Source: an uncultured Lachnospiraceae bacterium
GTDB lineage: Bacteria > Bacillota > Clostridia > Oscillospirales > CAG-272
Direction of reading: 5' to 3'
DNA: 64,000 bases
Assembly: GCA_964514555.1 (NCBI GenBank)
Contig: CAZERM010000001.1
Location: forward strand, 9,682 to 73,681
Shown piece by piece: positions 55,534 to 63,806 of this stretch. The notes under the pieces were generated by a model. The model was not told the DNA's origin and searched no databases. It was given only the letters and a program-made list of their open reading frames with translations. The number at the start of each line of letters is the position of its first letter. The first letter of the stretch is position 1. The position numbers and the translations under genes were made by a program.

Positions 55534-55562
55534 ATTATAGCACACGCATTTTTATTTGTCAA
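55534..55562 (-). promoter_or_regulatory. Consensus SigA-type promoter of the Trp T-box leader
   Basis: Minus strand: TTGACA, 17 nt, TATAAT. Confidence 0.75.
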
Positions 55563-55602
55563 GGAGATTTTAGCTTTTCTTTCGCCGTGTCTACGGCTAC
55601 AT

Positions 55603-55798
55603 TGTAGGGCAAGGTCTTGCTCCCGCCGCTGAATCAAAAATTTCGGCGTTGATAGACTTCATTTCAGCAAACAAAAGCCTTCAGTTAAAAGTTAGAATCC
55701 GATATCGAGGAGATTTTTTATCTTTTTGCAACTTTTTCTTTAAACAAGAAAAAGTTGAGAGAACCTTTTGCCGGCTTTTTCGGATATGCAAGAAAAGC
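55603..55798 (+). repeat. Composite of repeat-family modules
   Basis: Diverged GC-hairpin module TGTAGGGCAAGGTCTTGCTCCCGCCGC (55603-55629). AT-rich hairpins AACTTTTTCTT-taaac-AAGAAAAAGTT (55730-55756) and GCTTTTTC..GAAAAGC (55774-55798). The stretch CTTTTGCCGGCTTTTT...AGAAAAGCAAAAAA matches 31826-31864. Confidence 0.65.
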
Positions 55799-55832
55799 AA
55801 AAAAAGATATCGGTTTGCACCGATATCTTTTA
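55799..55832. terminator. Bidirectional terminator after ridA
   Basis: A-run, AAGATATCGG-tttgca-CCGATATCTT, T-run. Confidence 0.8.
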
Positions 55833-55836
55833 AAGA

Positions 55837-56211
55837 TCAAAGTTCAGCAATAACTTCTACTTCGCAAAGAACATTTTTGGGAAGTGTCTTTACCGCTACG
55901 CAAGAACGTGCAGGTTTGGAAACGAAATATTTGCCGTAAACAGCGTTGAATGCCGCAAAATCGCCCATATCGGCGAGGAAGCAAGTTGTTTTTACAACAT
56001 TGTCAAAAGAAGCGCCTGCTTCGGCGAGAAGCGCACCGATGTTTTTGCATACCTGTTCTGTCTGTTCTTCGATAGTTGTCGCTTCAACATTGCCTGTTGC
56101 GGGGTTGATAGCGATCTGACCGGATGTGAAAAGGATGTTTCCTGTTATAACGCCCTGAGAGTAAGGACCGATAGCATCGGGAGCGTTTTTAGTATAGATG
56201 ATCTTTGCCAT
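55837..56211 (-). CDS. ridA: RidA family reactive enamine/imine deaminase
   Basis: MAKIIYTKNAPDAIGPYSQG... is a YjgF/RidA signature. The ATG follows GGAGGT. 124 aa. Confidence 0.92.
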   Translation of the reverse strand: MAKIIYTKNAPDAIGPYSQGVITGNILFTSGQIAINPATGNVEATTIEEQTEQVCKNIGALLAEAGASFDNVVKTTCFLADMGDFAAFNAVYGKYFVSKPARSCVAVKTLPKNVLCEVEVIAEL

Positions 56212-56269
56212 GATATGACCTCCGAAATTTATTTTTATATTATATATTGGAATATATTTAACGATATTA

Positions 56270-57469
56270 TCAGTGAACGAGTTTAAAGCCGTTTGCGAAA
56301 AGTGCGGAACGGATCTCTTCGATATGTTCAAAGCTCTTTGTTTCCATGCCGATACGCAAGAAGCAACCGTTTACAGCTTGTGCATCGCCGTGTTCGTGGT
56401 GAACGGAAACGACATTGCCGCCGTGCTGTGCGATGATGTGAGATACCGCTTCGAGCTGTCCGGGTTTGTCGATAAGTTCGATAACGATGGAGCAAGCTCT
56501 GCCGCTCTTGTGGAGACCGCGGTCGATAACACGAGAAAGGATAGTAACGTCGATATTGCCGCCGGAAACAAGGCAAACTACCTTTTTGCCGCTTACGGGG
56601 ATCTTGCCGAATTTAACAGCCGCAACGGAAACAGCGCCTGCGCCCTCTGCCGTGAGCTTCTGGTTTTCGATGAGGTGAAGTATTGCCGCGGAGATCTCGT
56701 CTTCCGAAACGGTAACTATCTCATCTACATATTTTTTGCAATATTCAAATGTGTTTGTGCCGGGGCATTTTACTGCGATACCGTCCGCAAATGTGGAAAC
56801 GGAGGGAAGAGTCTCTGCTTTGCCCGTGTGAACGGCGTTGAACATGGAGGGAGCGCCCTCTGCCTGTACACCGTAGATCTTGATGGAAGGCTTCAATGTC
56901 TTGAGCGCGTATGCCACACCGGAGATAAGACCGCCGCCGCCAACAGGAACGACTACCGCATCAACATCGGGAAGCTCGTTCATTATCTCAAGACCGATAG
57001 TGCCCTGACCTGCGATAACATCGTCGTCGTCGAAAGGATGGATGAATGTATAGCCTTTTTCGTCTCTCTGGCGGATAGCTTCTGCGTAAGCATCGTCATA
57101 AACACCGTCTACAAGGCATACTTCTGCGCCATAGCGTTTCGTCGCTTCCACTTTGGAGATAGGTGCGGAAGAAGGCAAGCAGATGACGGATCTTATGCCC
57201 TGTTTCGTTGCCGCCAATGCAACGCCCTGCGCGTGGTTGCCTGCGGAGCAAGCGATAACACCGTGGGATTTTTCTTCGTCTGTGAGCTGAGATATCTTGT
57301 ATGCAGAGCCACGAACCTTAAAAGAACCTGTGAGCTGAAGGTTTTCGGGTTTCAAATATACCTCACAGCCGCAATCTGCGCCCAGTCTGGGCGCTTCGAT
57401 GAGCTGAGTATGGCGAACTACATTTTCCAATACTCTTGCCGCATCATAAACTTTATCGATAGTCAACAT
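56270..57469 (-). CDS. ilvA: Threonine ammonia-lyase (threonine dehydratase) with a C-terminal ACT-like domain
   Basis: PLP-lysine motif TGSFKVRGS and a glycine loop. Start trimmed to ATG 57467-57469, after GGAGGT. Confidence 0.9.
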   Translation of the reverse strand: MLTIDKVYDAARVLENVVRHTQLIEAPRLGADCGCEVYLKPENLQLTGSFKVRGSAYKISQLTDEEKSHGVIACSAGNHAQGVALAATKQGIRSVICLPSSAPISKVEATKRYGAEVCLVDGVYDDAYAEAIRQRDEKGYTFIHPFDDDDVIAGQGTIGLEIMNELPDVDAVVVPVGGGGLISGVAYALKTLKPSIKIYGVQAEGAPSMFNAVHTGKAETLPSVSTFADGIAVKCPGTNTFEYCKKYVDEIVTVSEDEISAAILHLIENQKLTAEGAGAVSVAAVKFGKIPVSGKKVVCLVSGGNIDVTILSRVIDRGLHKSGRACSIVIELIDKPGQLEAVSHIIAQHGGNVVSVHHEHGDAQAVNGCFLRIGMETKSFEHIEEIRSALFANGFKLVH

Positions 57470-57482
57470 ATATAACCTCCGT

Positions 57483-57745
57483 AAAAATAAAAACCGCCTC
57501 TGTAACGAGGCGGATATAGATTCCGTTGTACCACTCAATCAATTAGATAAATATCGCATACGATCATATGCGGTCCTTTTAACGCGGGACAGCGTGAGCG
57601 CTTACTTGCAAAAAATATCCGCTTTAGGGCTCCTGCTCGGGAATGATCTTTCTCGTACTGCTCCTTACGGCTCTCACCGACCGCCGCTTCTCTTTGCGAA
57701 GTATTTGCACGATATTGTTTCCGTCATAGCATTTGACATATTACT
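57483..57745 (-). promoter_or_regulatory. T-box leader, specifier codon AUC (Ile)
   Basis: Minus strand. AG bulge CAAAGAGAAG, distal loop GGTCGGTGAGAG, specifier loop GAAAG-ATC-A (ATC at 57647-57645). The T-box core GAGTGGTACAACGG lies at 57536-57523. The terminator CCGCCTC-gttaca-GAGGCGG is followed by TTTTTATTTTT. Confidence 0.8.
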
Positions 57746-57751
57746 AATTGA

Positions 57752-57780
57752 ATTATAAATTTTTATAGCGAAAAAGTCAA
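57752..57780 (-). promoter_or_regulatory. SigA-type promoter of the Ile T-box leader
   Basis: Minus strand: TTGACT, 17 nt, TATAAT. Confidence 0.7.
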
Positions 57781-57796
57781 TAGATTTTTTGATAAT

Positions 57797-58600
57797 TTAC
57801 GAAAATATAACATCCAAAAGCATCATCACCGCAAAACCGACCAGCGTGAAAAGAGCCATCAAGCCTTTCTTTTCGCCGGATTGGCTCTCGGGGATGAGTT
57901 CTTTTGATACGACATATATCATCGCGCCTGCGGCAAACGAAAGGCAGAACGGAAGCATTATTTTTACGTGTGTTACGAGTAACGCGCCGCAAACTCCCGA
58001 CAAAGGTTCCACGGCACCGCTTATCTGCCCCCAAAAGAACGCGTTTGAGCGCGAAAGTCCCTCTCTTCTCAACGGAACGCTGACAGCCGCACCCTCGGGG
58101 AAATTCTGAAGTCCTATGCCGAGCGCAAGCAGACACGCGGAAGCAAGCGTTGCGCCCTTTGCACCGTAAGCGAGCGAACCGAACGCAACACCCACGCAAA
58201 GCCCCTCCGGGATATTATGGAGCGTTATCGAAAAAACGAGCAATGACGCGCGTTTTTTGCCGATGTCATCATCATTTTCGGGCATTTTGGCTTTTATAAG
58301 GTCAAATATTTTGTCCCCTGCAAAGATCAATGCTCCGCCGCAGATAAAACCGAATATCAGCACCGAGCAAGAGGAAAGACCCTGTTCTTGCGCCATCTTA
58401 TCCGCAGGGAGCAAAAGCGACCAAAACGAAGCCGCTATCATCACGCCCGACGAAAAACCGAGCATGGCATCCATCACATCTTTGTGCATTGCCTTGAAAA
58501 ATATCACGACGGATGCGCCGAGCGCCGTAACGCCCCACGTAAAAAGAGTAGCCAACAGTGCTTGCTGATAATACGCAAGCGAAGAAAACCATCTTATCAT
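57797..58600 (-). CDS. ZIP family metal transporter (ZupT-like)
   Basis: Polytopic, with HNIPEGLCVG and QNFPEGAAV motifs. Start trimmed to ATG 58598-58600, after GAGGT. Confidence 0.85.
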   Translation of the reverse strand: MIRWFSSLAYYQQALLATLFTWGVTALGASVVIFFKAMHKDVMDAMLGFSSGVMIAASFWSLLLPADKMAQEQGLSSCSVLIFGFICGGALIFAGDKIFDLIKAKMPENDDDIGKKRASLLVFSITLHNIPEGLCVGVAFGSLAYGAKGATLASACLLALGIGLQNFPEGAAVSVPLRREGLSRSNAFFWGQISGAVEPLSGVCGALLVTHVKIMLPFCLSFAAGAMIYVVSKELIPESQSGEKKGLMALFTLVGFAVMMLLDVIFS

Positions 58601-58670
58601 AACTACCTCGTGAGAAAATAATATCGTCCGATAACAGCATATGCAAAAAGGCACCTACGGTGAGAGGTTT

Positions 58671-58699
58671 AAGCTTTTCTTTCAGATAAAGAAAAGCTT
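58671..58699 (+). repeat. 29-nt AT-rich palindrome AAGCTTTTCTTTCAGATAAAGAAAAGCTT
   Basis: Identical to 36347-36375. 12-bp stem with the loop CAGAT. Confidence 0.9.
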
Positions 58700-58710
58700 T
58701 ATATAGTATG

Positions 58711-58740
58711 AAAAAAAATGCACTCTTGCGAGTGCATTTT
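58711..58740 (-). terminator. Intrinsic terminator after the DUF975 gene
   Basis: Minus strand: TGCACTC-gcaa-GAGTGCA followed by T8. Confidence 0.8.
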
Positions 58741-58747
58741 AATTATC

Positions 58748-59320
58748 TTATTCAACTACGGGCATATTTTTTACTTTCTCATAGAAAGCTGCGTTTGTTG
58801 CGTTAACATACGGACCAACATAGAGAAGGAGCAAGCCGAATGTGAATGTGCTGAGGATGTACCAGCCGATGAAAGAGAGCTGAAGTACGAAATATTCCCA
58901 TTTATGACCATTCATCATCGCTTTGCTTGCGTTGATAGCTTCGGAAGCGCTCATCTGGGGGTTATCGTTAAGGATATAGCACGTCATGGAATAAGAGCAA
59001 GCCTTAACTATACCGGGAATGATAAACAAGAGAGACCAAAGAGCCGTAAAGATCTGAACGAGCAAATATGCAACAAAGTTTGTAACAAAATTCTGGCATC
59101 CGCTGAAGAGCGTTTCAAATTTTGCCTGTTTCGTTCTGATAAAGCTGAGGTTTACCGCGCAGTAACCCACTACCAAAAATCCGAGAAAAATAGAGCCTAT
59201 CGCCGTTGCGCTGAGAGCATACCAGATGACCATGTATACAAGGAAAGCACCGATAGCTATGCCCCAATTATTTTTGAGCGAGTCTTTTGCTAAAGTTTTA
59301 AGTTCTTTTCTGTTGATCAT
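58748..59320 (-). CDS. DUF975 family membrane protein
   Basis: The MINRKELKTLAKDSLKNNWG N-terminus and the 4-5 TM pattern are typical of DUF975. The ATG follows GGAGGT. Confidence 0.7.
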   Translation of the reverse strand: MINRKELKTLAKDSLKNNWGIAIGAFLVYMVIWYALSATAIGSIFLGFLVVGYCAVNLSFIRTKQAKFETLFSGCQNFVTNFVAYLLVQIFTALWSLLFIIPGIVKACSYSMTCYILNDNPQMSASEAINASKAMMNGHKWEYFVLQLSFIGWYILSTFTFGLLLLYVGPYVNATNAAFYEKVKNMPVVE

Positions 59321-59336
59321 TTTATAAAATACCTCC

Positions 59337-59370
59337 AAAGTTATTTGATATATAAAGTTATTTGATATAT
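59337..59370. repeat. Perfect 17-bp tandem duplication (AAAGTTATTTGATATAT x2)
   Basis: It lies in the 5' UTR of the DUF975 gene, between the -10 box and the SD. Confidence 0.95.
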
Positions 59371-59372
59371 TC

Positions 59373-59401
59373 AGTATACTATGTTACAAAAATAAAGTCA
59401 A
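59373..59401 (-). promoter_or_regulatory. SigA-type promoter of the DUF975 gene
   Basis: Minus strand: TTGACT, 17 nt, TATACT. Confidence 0.6.
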
Positions 59402-59667
59402 TGATTTTTTGTTTGTCGGTGTTTTTTCGATCAAATATTATCTTTTATTTATATGTTTTGTTGAAATATCACAAATATTAAGCAAAATTTCCCACACCTC
59501 GATATGCCATTTAAACTAAAAAATCTATTGATTATTTCAAAAATTTATGGTACAATATTTCCAACGAAAAAATTTTTCAACTGACTCTTTGATACCCTAC
59601 AAATAAAAATCTTTTTCGAAATCTCTGTATGAGCCTGCAACATCTCGCTCCGGAAGGATTTTTGACT

Positions 59668-60360
59668 ATGGATTATAACAAAAATATCAAGTATCTGAAA
59701 AGCAACGATAGACTGTTTTACACGGGTGTCGTAGTCATGGGTGTCGGTGTAGTGCTTATTGCGCTGACATTGCTGTTCCACATTTGGTTCATGCCCATGC
59801 AAAGCACGATATCTCTCTTGCTCATTGCGGCAGGTGCGGGAATCGCTTTTATACCGCGCTCTATGCGCTCCAACAGCAGTGATCTTGATAGTGCCGTAGC
59901 GCAGATGACAGATAAATTTGCAGAAACAACAGCCGAAAGAACAGGTCTTAACGGCTTGCTCATCAAAAATATCCAGCCGTTTGAAACAGGCGCATATACC
60001 TTTGATGATATAGGATTTGCGCGCCGCGCAAAAGGCGACCGCAAGGTCCGCACCTCCGTTTACACGGCTTCGGCAATGCTCTTTACAAAAACGGGCATAT
60101 ATATTGCTCAGAAAAAAATAAGTCTTATCGAAGATAAGATAACCGAAAGCAACGCCGAATTTCTCTATGAAGATATAGACAAGATATTTACTTGGTCCGA
60201 CGACATCGCTTTAGCCGATGGAAGTAAATCGAAACTTTCCTATATTATCATAAATGAAAACGGCAAGGAAGCTATCCGCATCCCGACGGCGAACGGTTCC
60301 GCCGCAGACAAACTCTGCAATGATGTGATGCACATGATAAAGCTTTCAAAAAACTCTTGA
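59668..60360 (+). CDS. Hypothetical membrane-anchored protein
   Basis: Start at ATG 59668, after GGAAGGA. Two N-terminal TM helices are followed by a ~150-aa soluble domain. No family recognised. Confidence 0.5.
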   Translation: MDYNKNIKYLKSNDRLFYTGVVVMGVGVVLIALTLLFHIWFMPMQSTISLLLIAAGAGIAFIPRSMRSNSSDLDSAVAQMTDKFAETTAERTGLNGLLIKNIQPFETGAYTFDDIGFARRAKGDRKVRTSVYTASAMLFTKTGIYIAQKKISLIEDKITESNAEFLYEDIDKIFTWSDDIALADGSKSKLSYIIINENGKEAIRIPTANGSAADKLCNDVMHMIKLSKNS

Positions 60361-60396
60361 ACCTACCAAAATCTCCTTATAAATTTTACTCCTAAA

Positions 60397-60444
60397 ATAG
60401 AAATGCGGTCGTGTCAACCACGGCCGCATTTCTATTTGTTTTTA
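60397..60444. terminator. Bidirectional terminator between convergent genes
   Basis: A 17-bp stem, ATAGAAATGCGGTCGTG / CACGGCCGCATTTCTAT, followed by a T-rich run. Confidence 0.8.
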
Positions 60445-60451
60445 TCACATT

Positions 60452-61867
60452 TTATTTAAGAACTTCATATTTTACAAGAGTGGTGTTACCTGAACGACCG
60501 TTTGTCTGACCGCCCGTGATAACAATAACATCGCCCTTGCCTGCCATGCCGGATTCCTTAGCCATTCTTGTTGCGTTATAGAAAAGAACGTCCGTGGACT
60601 GATATTCTTCCGTAAGCATGGGGAGAACCGCCCAAGAGAGCGCAAGTTTGCGCCATGCTCTTTCATCTGTCGTAAGACCGATGATGGGTGTGGGAGAACG
60701 GAAACGGGATACCATTCGAGCCGTTCTGCCGCTGAGGGAGCAGGCAACGATAAGTTTTGCGTCAAGATCGATGGCAAGGTCGCAAGTTGCGTGAGAGATA
60801 GCGTCCGTTGCGCTGGATATCTTGAATTCCGCGGAGCGGAAACGACGAACATAGTTGATATCCTTTTCCGTCTGCTCTGCTATCTTTGCCATAGCGCGAA
60901 CAGCTTCTACGGGATATATACCTGCCGCTGTTTCACCCGAAAGCATAACTGCGCTCGTGCCGTCATATACGGCGTTTGCAACGTCGGAGATCTCCGCACG
61001 TGTGGGACGCGGTTTTGTGATCATGGATTCGAGCATTTCCGTTGCGGTGATAACTCTCTTGCCTTTAAGACGGCATACCGTTATCATGTGTTTCTGGATA
61101 GCGGGAAGCTGTTCAAAGGGTATCTCCACGCCCATATCGCCGCGCGCTACCATGATACCGTCGCTGACATCGATGATATCTTCGATATTATCAACGCCCG
61201 AGCGGTTTTCTATCTTTGCGATAAGGTCGATATGCTCGCCGCCGTTATCTTTGAGGAACTGACGGATCTTGAGAATATCTTCTTTTACGGAAACAAAGGA
61301 GCAAGCAATAAAATCGATGTCATTTTCAATACCGAAGAGGATGTCTTCTTTATCTCTTTCGCTGAGATATTCCTGTTTGAGTGTTTTTCCCGGGAAGCTC
61401 ATGCTCTTTCTATCCGAAAGATCGCCGCCGATAACTACCTGAGTTTTGATCTCCTTGTTTGTCGTTTCTGTTACTTTGAACTCAAGCAAGCCGTTGTTGA
61501 GAAGTATGGGGTCTCCCACAGCCATCTCGTGCGGAAGGTTCTTGTAGGAAACGGAAACGTGTTTTTCATCGCCAACGCAATCTTCGATGGTAAAAGTAAA
61601 TTCATCGCCTTCGGAAAGCGTTATCTTATGGTTTTCAAAAGTGCCTATACGATATTCGGGGCCTTTTGTATCGAGCATAAGAGCGATGGGCTGACCAAGT
61701 CTTTCACGAACACGCTTTACCATGTCCACTCTTCTCTTGTGTTCGGCGTGATCGCCGTGAGAAAAGTTAAGTCTGGCAACGTTCATGCCGGCTTTGATCA
61801 TTTTTTCGAGAGTCTCCTCGTTTTCGCAAGCGGGACCCATTGTGCATATAATTTTGGTTTTTTTCAT
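60452..61867 (-). CDS. pyk: Pyruvate kinase
   Basis: MKKTKIICTMGPAC..., NFSHGDH, MVARGDMGVEIP. Start trimmed to ATG 61865-61867. Confidence 0.93.
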   Translation of the reverse strand: MKKTKIICTMGPACENEETLEKMIKAGMNVARLNFSHGDHAEHKRRVDMVKRVRERLGQPIALMLDTKGPEYRIGTFENHKITLSEGDEFTFTIEDCVGDEKHVSVSYKNLPHEMAVGDPILLNNGLLEFKVTETTNKEIKTQVVIGGDLSDRKSMSFPGKTLKQEYLSERDKEDILFGIENDIDFIACSFVSVKEDILKIRQFLKDNGGEHIDLIAKIENRSGVDNIEDIIDVSDGIMVARGDMGVEIPFEQLPAIQKHMITVCRLKGKRVITATEMLESMITKPRPTRAEISDVANAVYDGTSAVMLSGETAAGIYPVEAVRAMAKIAEQTEKDINYVRRFRSAEFKISSATDAISHATCDLAIDLDAKLIVACSLSGRTARMVSRFRSPTPIIGLTTDERAWRKLALSWAVLPMLTEEYQSTDVLFYNATRMAKESGMAGKGDVIVITGGQTNGRSGNTTLVKYEVLK

Positions 61868-62082
61868 ATCCTTCATCTCCGAACATAAAATTTTTTCCAA
61901 TATACATTTTACCACCAAATCAGCAAGGAAGCAATAGGCTATTTGCATTAAAATAATATTCTACACTTCGAATAAAATGTTTAATCGATTTCACTTGACA
62001 ATTTGACAAATTCATATATAATTGTAATAACCGACATACATTTTTGTTTTGCTCGGAATCTATATTATGGAGGATCTTTATC

Positions 62083-62460
62083 ATGACAAAGAAGATCACA
62101 AGAGTTATTGCCTTGGCACTCGTTGTTGCGCTCGCTTGCCTTACGCTCGCTTCTTGCGGCAAGACACTTTCCGGTACATATTCTGCCGGCGGTTCTGTTC
62201 TCGGCACAGGTGCTACTACGACTTACAAGTTCAGCGGCAGCAAAGTTACTCTCACAGTTGAAGGCTCTCTTCTCGGTATGTCCAACACAAAAACATTCGA
62301 AGGCACATACAATATCACAGAATCCGATGACGGTTCTATGAAGATCAGCTTTGATTTCGGTGATGAAGACGCTAAGGAATATTCTACTTCCTTCAACTTT
62401 AAGGAAGACAAGGATGCAGGCACGATCACTATCGGTCTCATCACTTACACAAAGAAATAA
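62083..62460 (+). CDS. Small lipoprotein, unknown function
   Basis: Lipobox in MTKKITRVIALALVVALACLTLASCG. The ATG lies 8 nt after GGAGGA. 125 aa. Confidence 0.6.
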   Translation: MTKKITRVIALALVVALACLTLASCGKTLSGTYSAGGSVLGTGATTTYKFSGSKVTLTVEGSLLGMSNTKTFEGTYNITESDDGSMKISFDFGDEDAKEYSTSFNFKEDKDAGTITIGLITYTKK

Positions 62461-62474
62461 TTCTTTAGACAAAT

Positions 62475-62507
62475 AAAAAGGCGTATCGCAAGATACGCCT
62501 TTTTATT
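62475..62507. terminator. Bidirectional terminator
   Basis: AAAAAGGCGTATC-gcaa-GATACGCCTTTTT. Confidence 0.85.
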
Positions 62508-62530
62508 TGTAGCTTTTGGCTGTTTTTTTC

Positions 62531-63370
62531 TTAAATTTCCACAGCGATGTGGAAAACGAACGTCTTTTTCGGTGCAAGGGCGATGATGCCATCCTTTTTG
62601 GTGATATCCTTTTCGGGGATGCACTCATTCGCGCCGTGCCAAGGCTCTATGCAAATAAATTCCGCGCCGGGTTTTGACCAAAGCCAAAGATGCGGCACCT
62701 TGCCGAAGCTCATCTTCATATATGCTTTTCCGTTGCGAACAAGGCTGATGCTTTCGGAACTTACATCCGCAAAGCTCAAGGAGCCTTCGTTAAAGAGATC
62801 TTTTGTAAGTGTCATCTCATTGCCGTAAAGCTCTACGGGCGGAACATTTGCCTTGGGTCTGTCGGAACCGTCATAAAATACTGCAGAAGTATTTTCATTC
62901 TTTTCAAATATTATCTTATCGCCGTGCTTGCAGTTAAAGCCGGGGTGAGCGCCGAGCGAAAAATACATATCTTCGTTTCCGTTGTTTTCAACTTCATATG
63001 AAAAAGAAAGTTTTCTTCCCTCAAGTTCAAATTTCGTGCGGAAAACAAAATCGAAAGGATATTTTTCTTTTATCTTTTCGTCGGGGCGCAACGCGAGCAC
63101 GAGCTTGCTGTTCGTTTTTTCTTCAACGCTAAACTCGCTGTCTCTTGCAAAGCCGTGTTTGGGCATGGGATATTCTTTATCTTTATAAATATATCCGTTC
63201 TCGTGGACCGTGCCGACCGCAGGAAAAAGTACGGGCGCCGTTCTGCCCCAGATATCGGGGTCAGCCTGCCAAAGATATTCTTTGCCGTTTTCGATATCGA
63301 AAAGGCTTCTCATCTGCGCGCCGTGTTCATCCACGGAAAGTTTCAATATGCAATTTTCTATCGTTATCAT
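62531..63370 (-). CDS. Aldose 1-epimerase (galactose mutarotase-like) family protein
   Basis: 279 aa after trimming to ATG 63368-63370 (following AAGGAG). The pattern ...LFPAVG...GFAR...GAHPGF...EPW matches the mutarotase-like fold. Confidence 0.7.
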   Translation of the reverse strand: MITIENCILKLSVDEHGAQMRSLFDIENGKEYLWQADPDIWGRTAPVLFPAVGTVHENGYIYKDKEYPMPKHGFARDSEFSVEEKTNSKLVLALRPDEKIKEKYPFDFVFRTKFELEGRKLSFSYEVENNGNEDMYFSLGAHPGFNCKHGDKIIFEKNENTSAVFYDGSDRPKANVPPVELYGNEMTLTKDLFNEGSLSFADVSSESISLVRNGKAYMKMSFGKVPHLWLWSKPGAEFICIEPWHGANECIPEKDITKKDGIIALAPKKTFVFHIAVEI

Positions 63371-63483
63371 GTATATATCACTCCTTTTTATGAATATATT
63401 ATCATAAAACGCATTTATTTTCAAGTAATATACACTCTAAACGCCCTTTTTACGAATTTTTTTCGCATTTTTATAAAAAAGTC

Positions 63484-63512
63484 TTGACTTTTTATGCACG
63501 TGGGACTATACT
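63484..63512 (+). promoter_or_regulatory. SigA-type promoter of the ilvB leader
   Basis: TTGACT, 17 nt, TATACT. Confidence 0.6.
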
Positions 63513-63563
63513 AAATTGTAACAAAACAATTAACTTTATTTTTTTCAAACGGGAGAAATAACT

Positions 63564-63671
63564 ATGGGTTACACATTCGTGATCAACTTCATAATTATTA
63601 GCGCTATTGTCCTAACTGTTAGTACAGTTAAAGATAGCGTTAAAAGTCATGTCATGGCACAAAAGGTGTAA
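63564..63671 (+). CDS. Candidate branched-chain-rich leader peptide MGYTFVINFIIISAIVLTVSTVKDSVKSHVMAQKV
   Basis: Own translation. The ATG lies 7 nt after GGGAGA. 5 Ile, 7 Val and 1 Leu in 35 codons. It sits between a promoter and a terminator upstream of ilvB. Confidence 0.4.
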   Translation: MGYTFVINFIIISAIVLTVSTVKDSVKSHVMAQKV

Positions 63672-63743
63672 TCATAAATTTTACGGATGAGATTTTTTTA
63701 ATTTTAGACGCTTTCCGTAAATACAGATTTTTACGATCTTCTC

Positions 63744-63781
63744 GCCTATGGTTAGCTTTTAACCATAGGCTTTTATTTTTT
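63744..63781 (+). terminator. Intrinsic terminator in the ilvB leader
   Basis: GCCTATGGTT-agctttt-AACCATAGGC followed by TTTTATTTTTT, 26 nt before the ilvB ATG. Confidence 0.75.
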
Positions 63782-63806
63782 CCGAATACCATTCTAGGAG
63801 GCACTA

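Noticed and set aside
55260-55632. ORFs 55260-55511 and 55366-55632 on the plus strand, and the N-terminal ORF-track extensions of ilvA (to 57538), the aminotransferase (to 52111), the SBP (to 39182), ridA (to 56331), pyk (to 61948) and spoVG (from 40770).
   Set aside because: They overlap T-box leaders, promoters or terminators. In each case an internal ATG with a good SD gives a protein that starts at the canonical family N-terminus.
36347-58699. Possibility that the recurring palindromes represent a CRISPR array.
   Set aside because: The copies are tens of kb apart, not regularly spaced, and differ in sequence. No cas genes are present.
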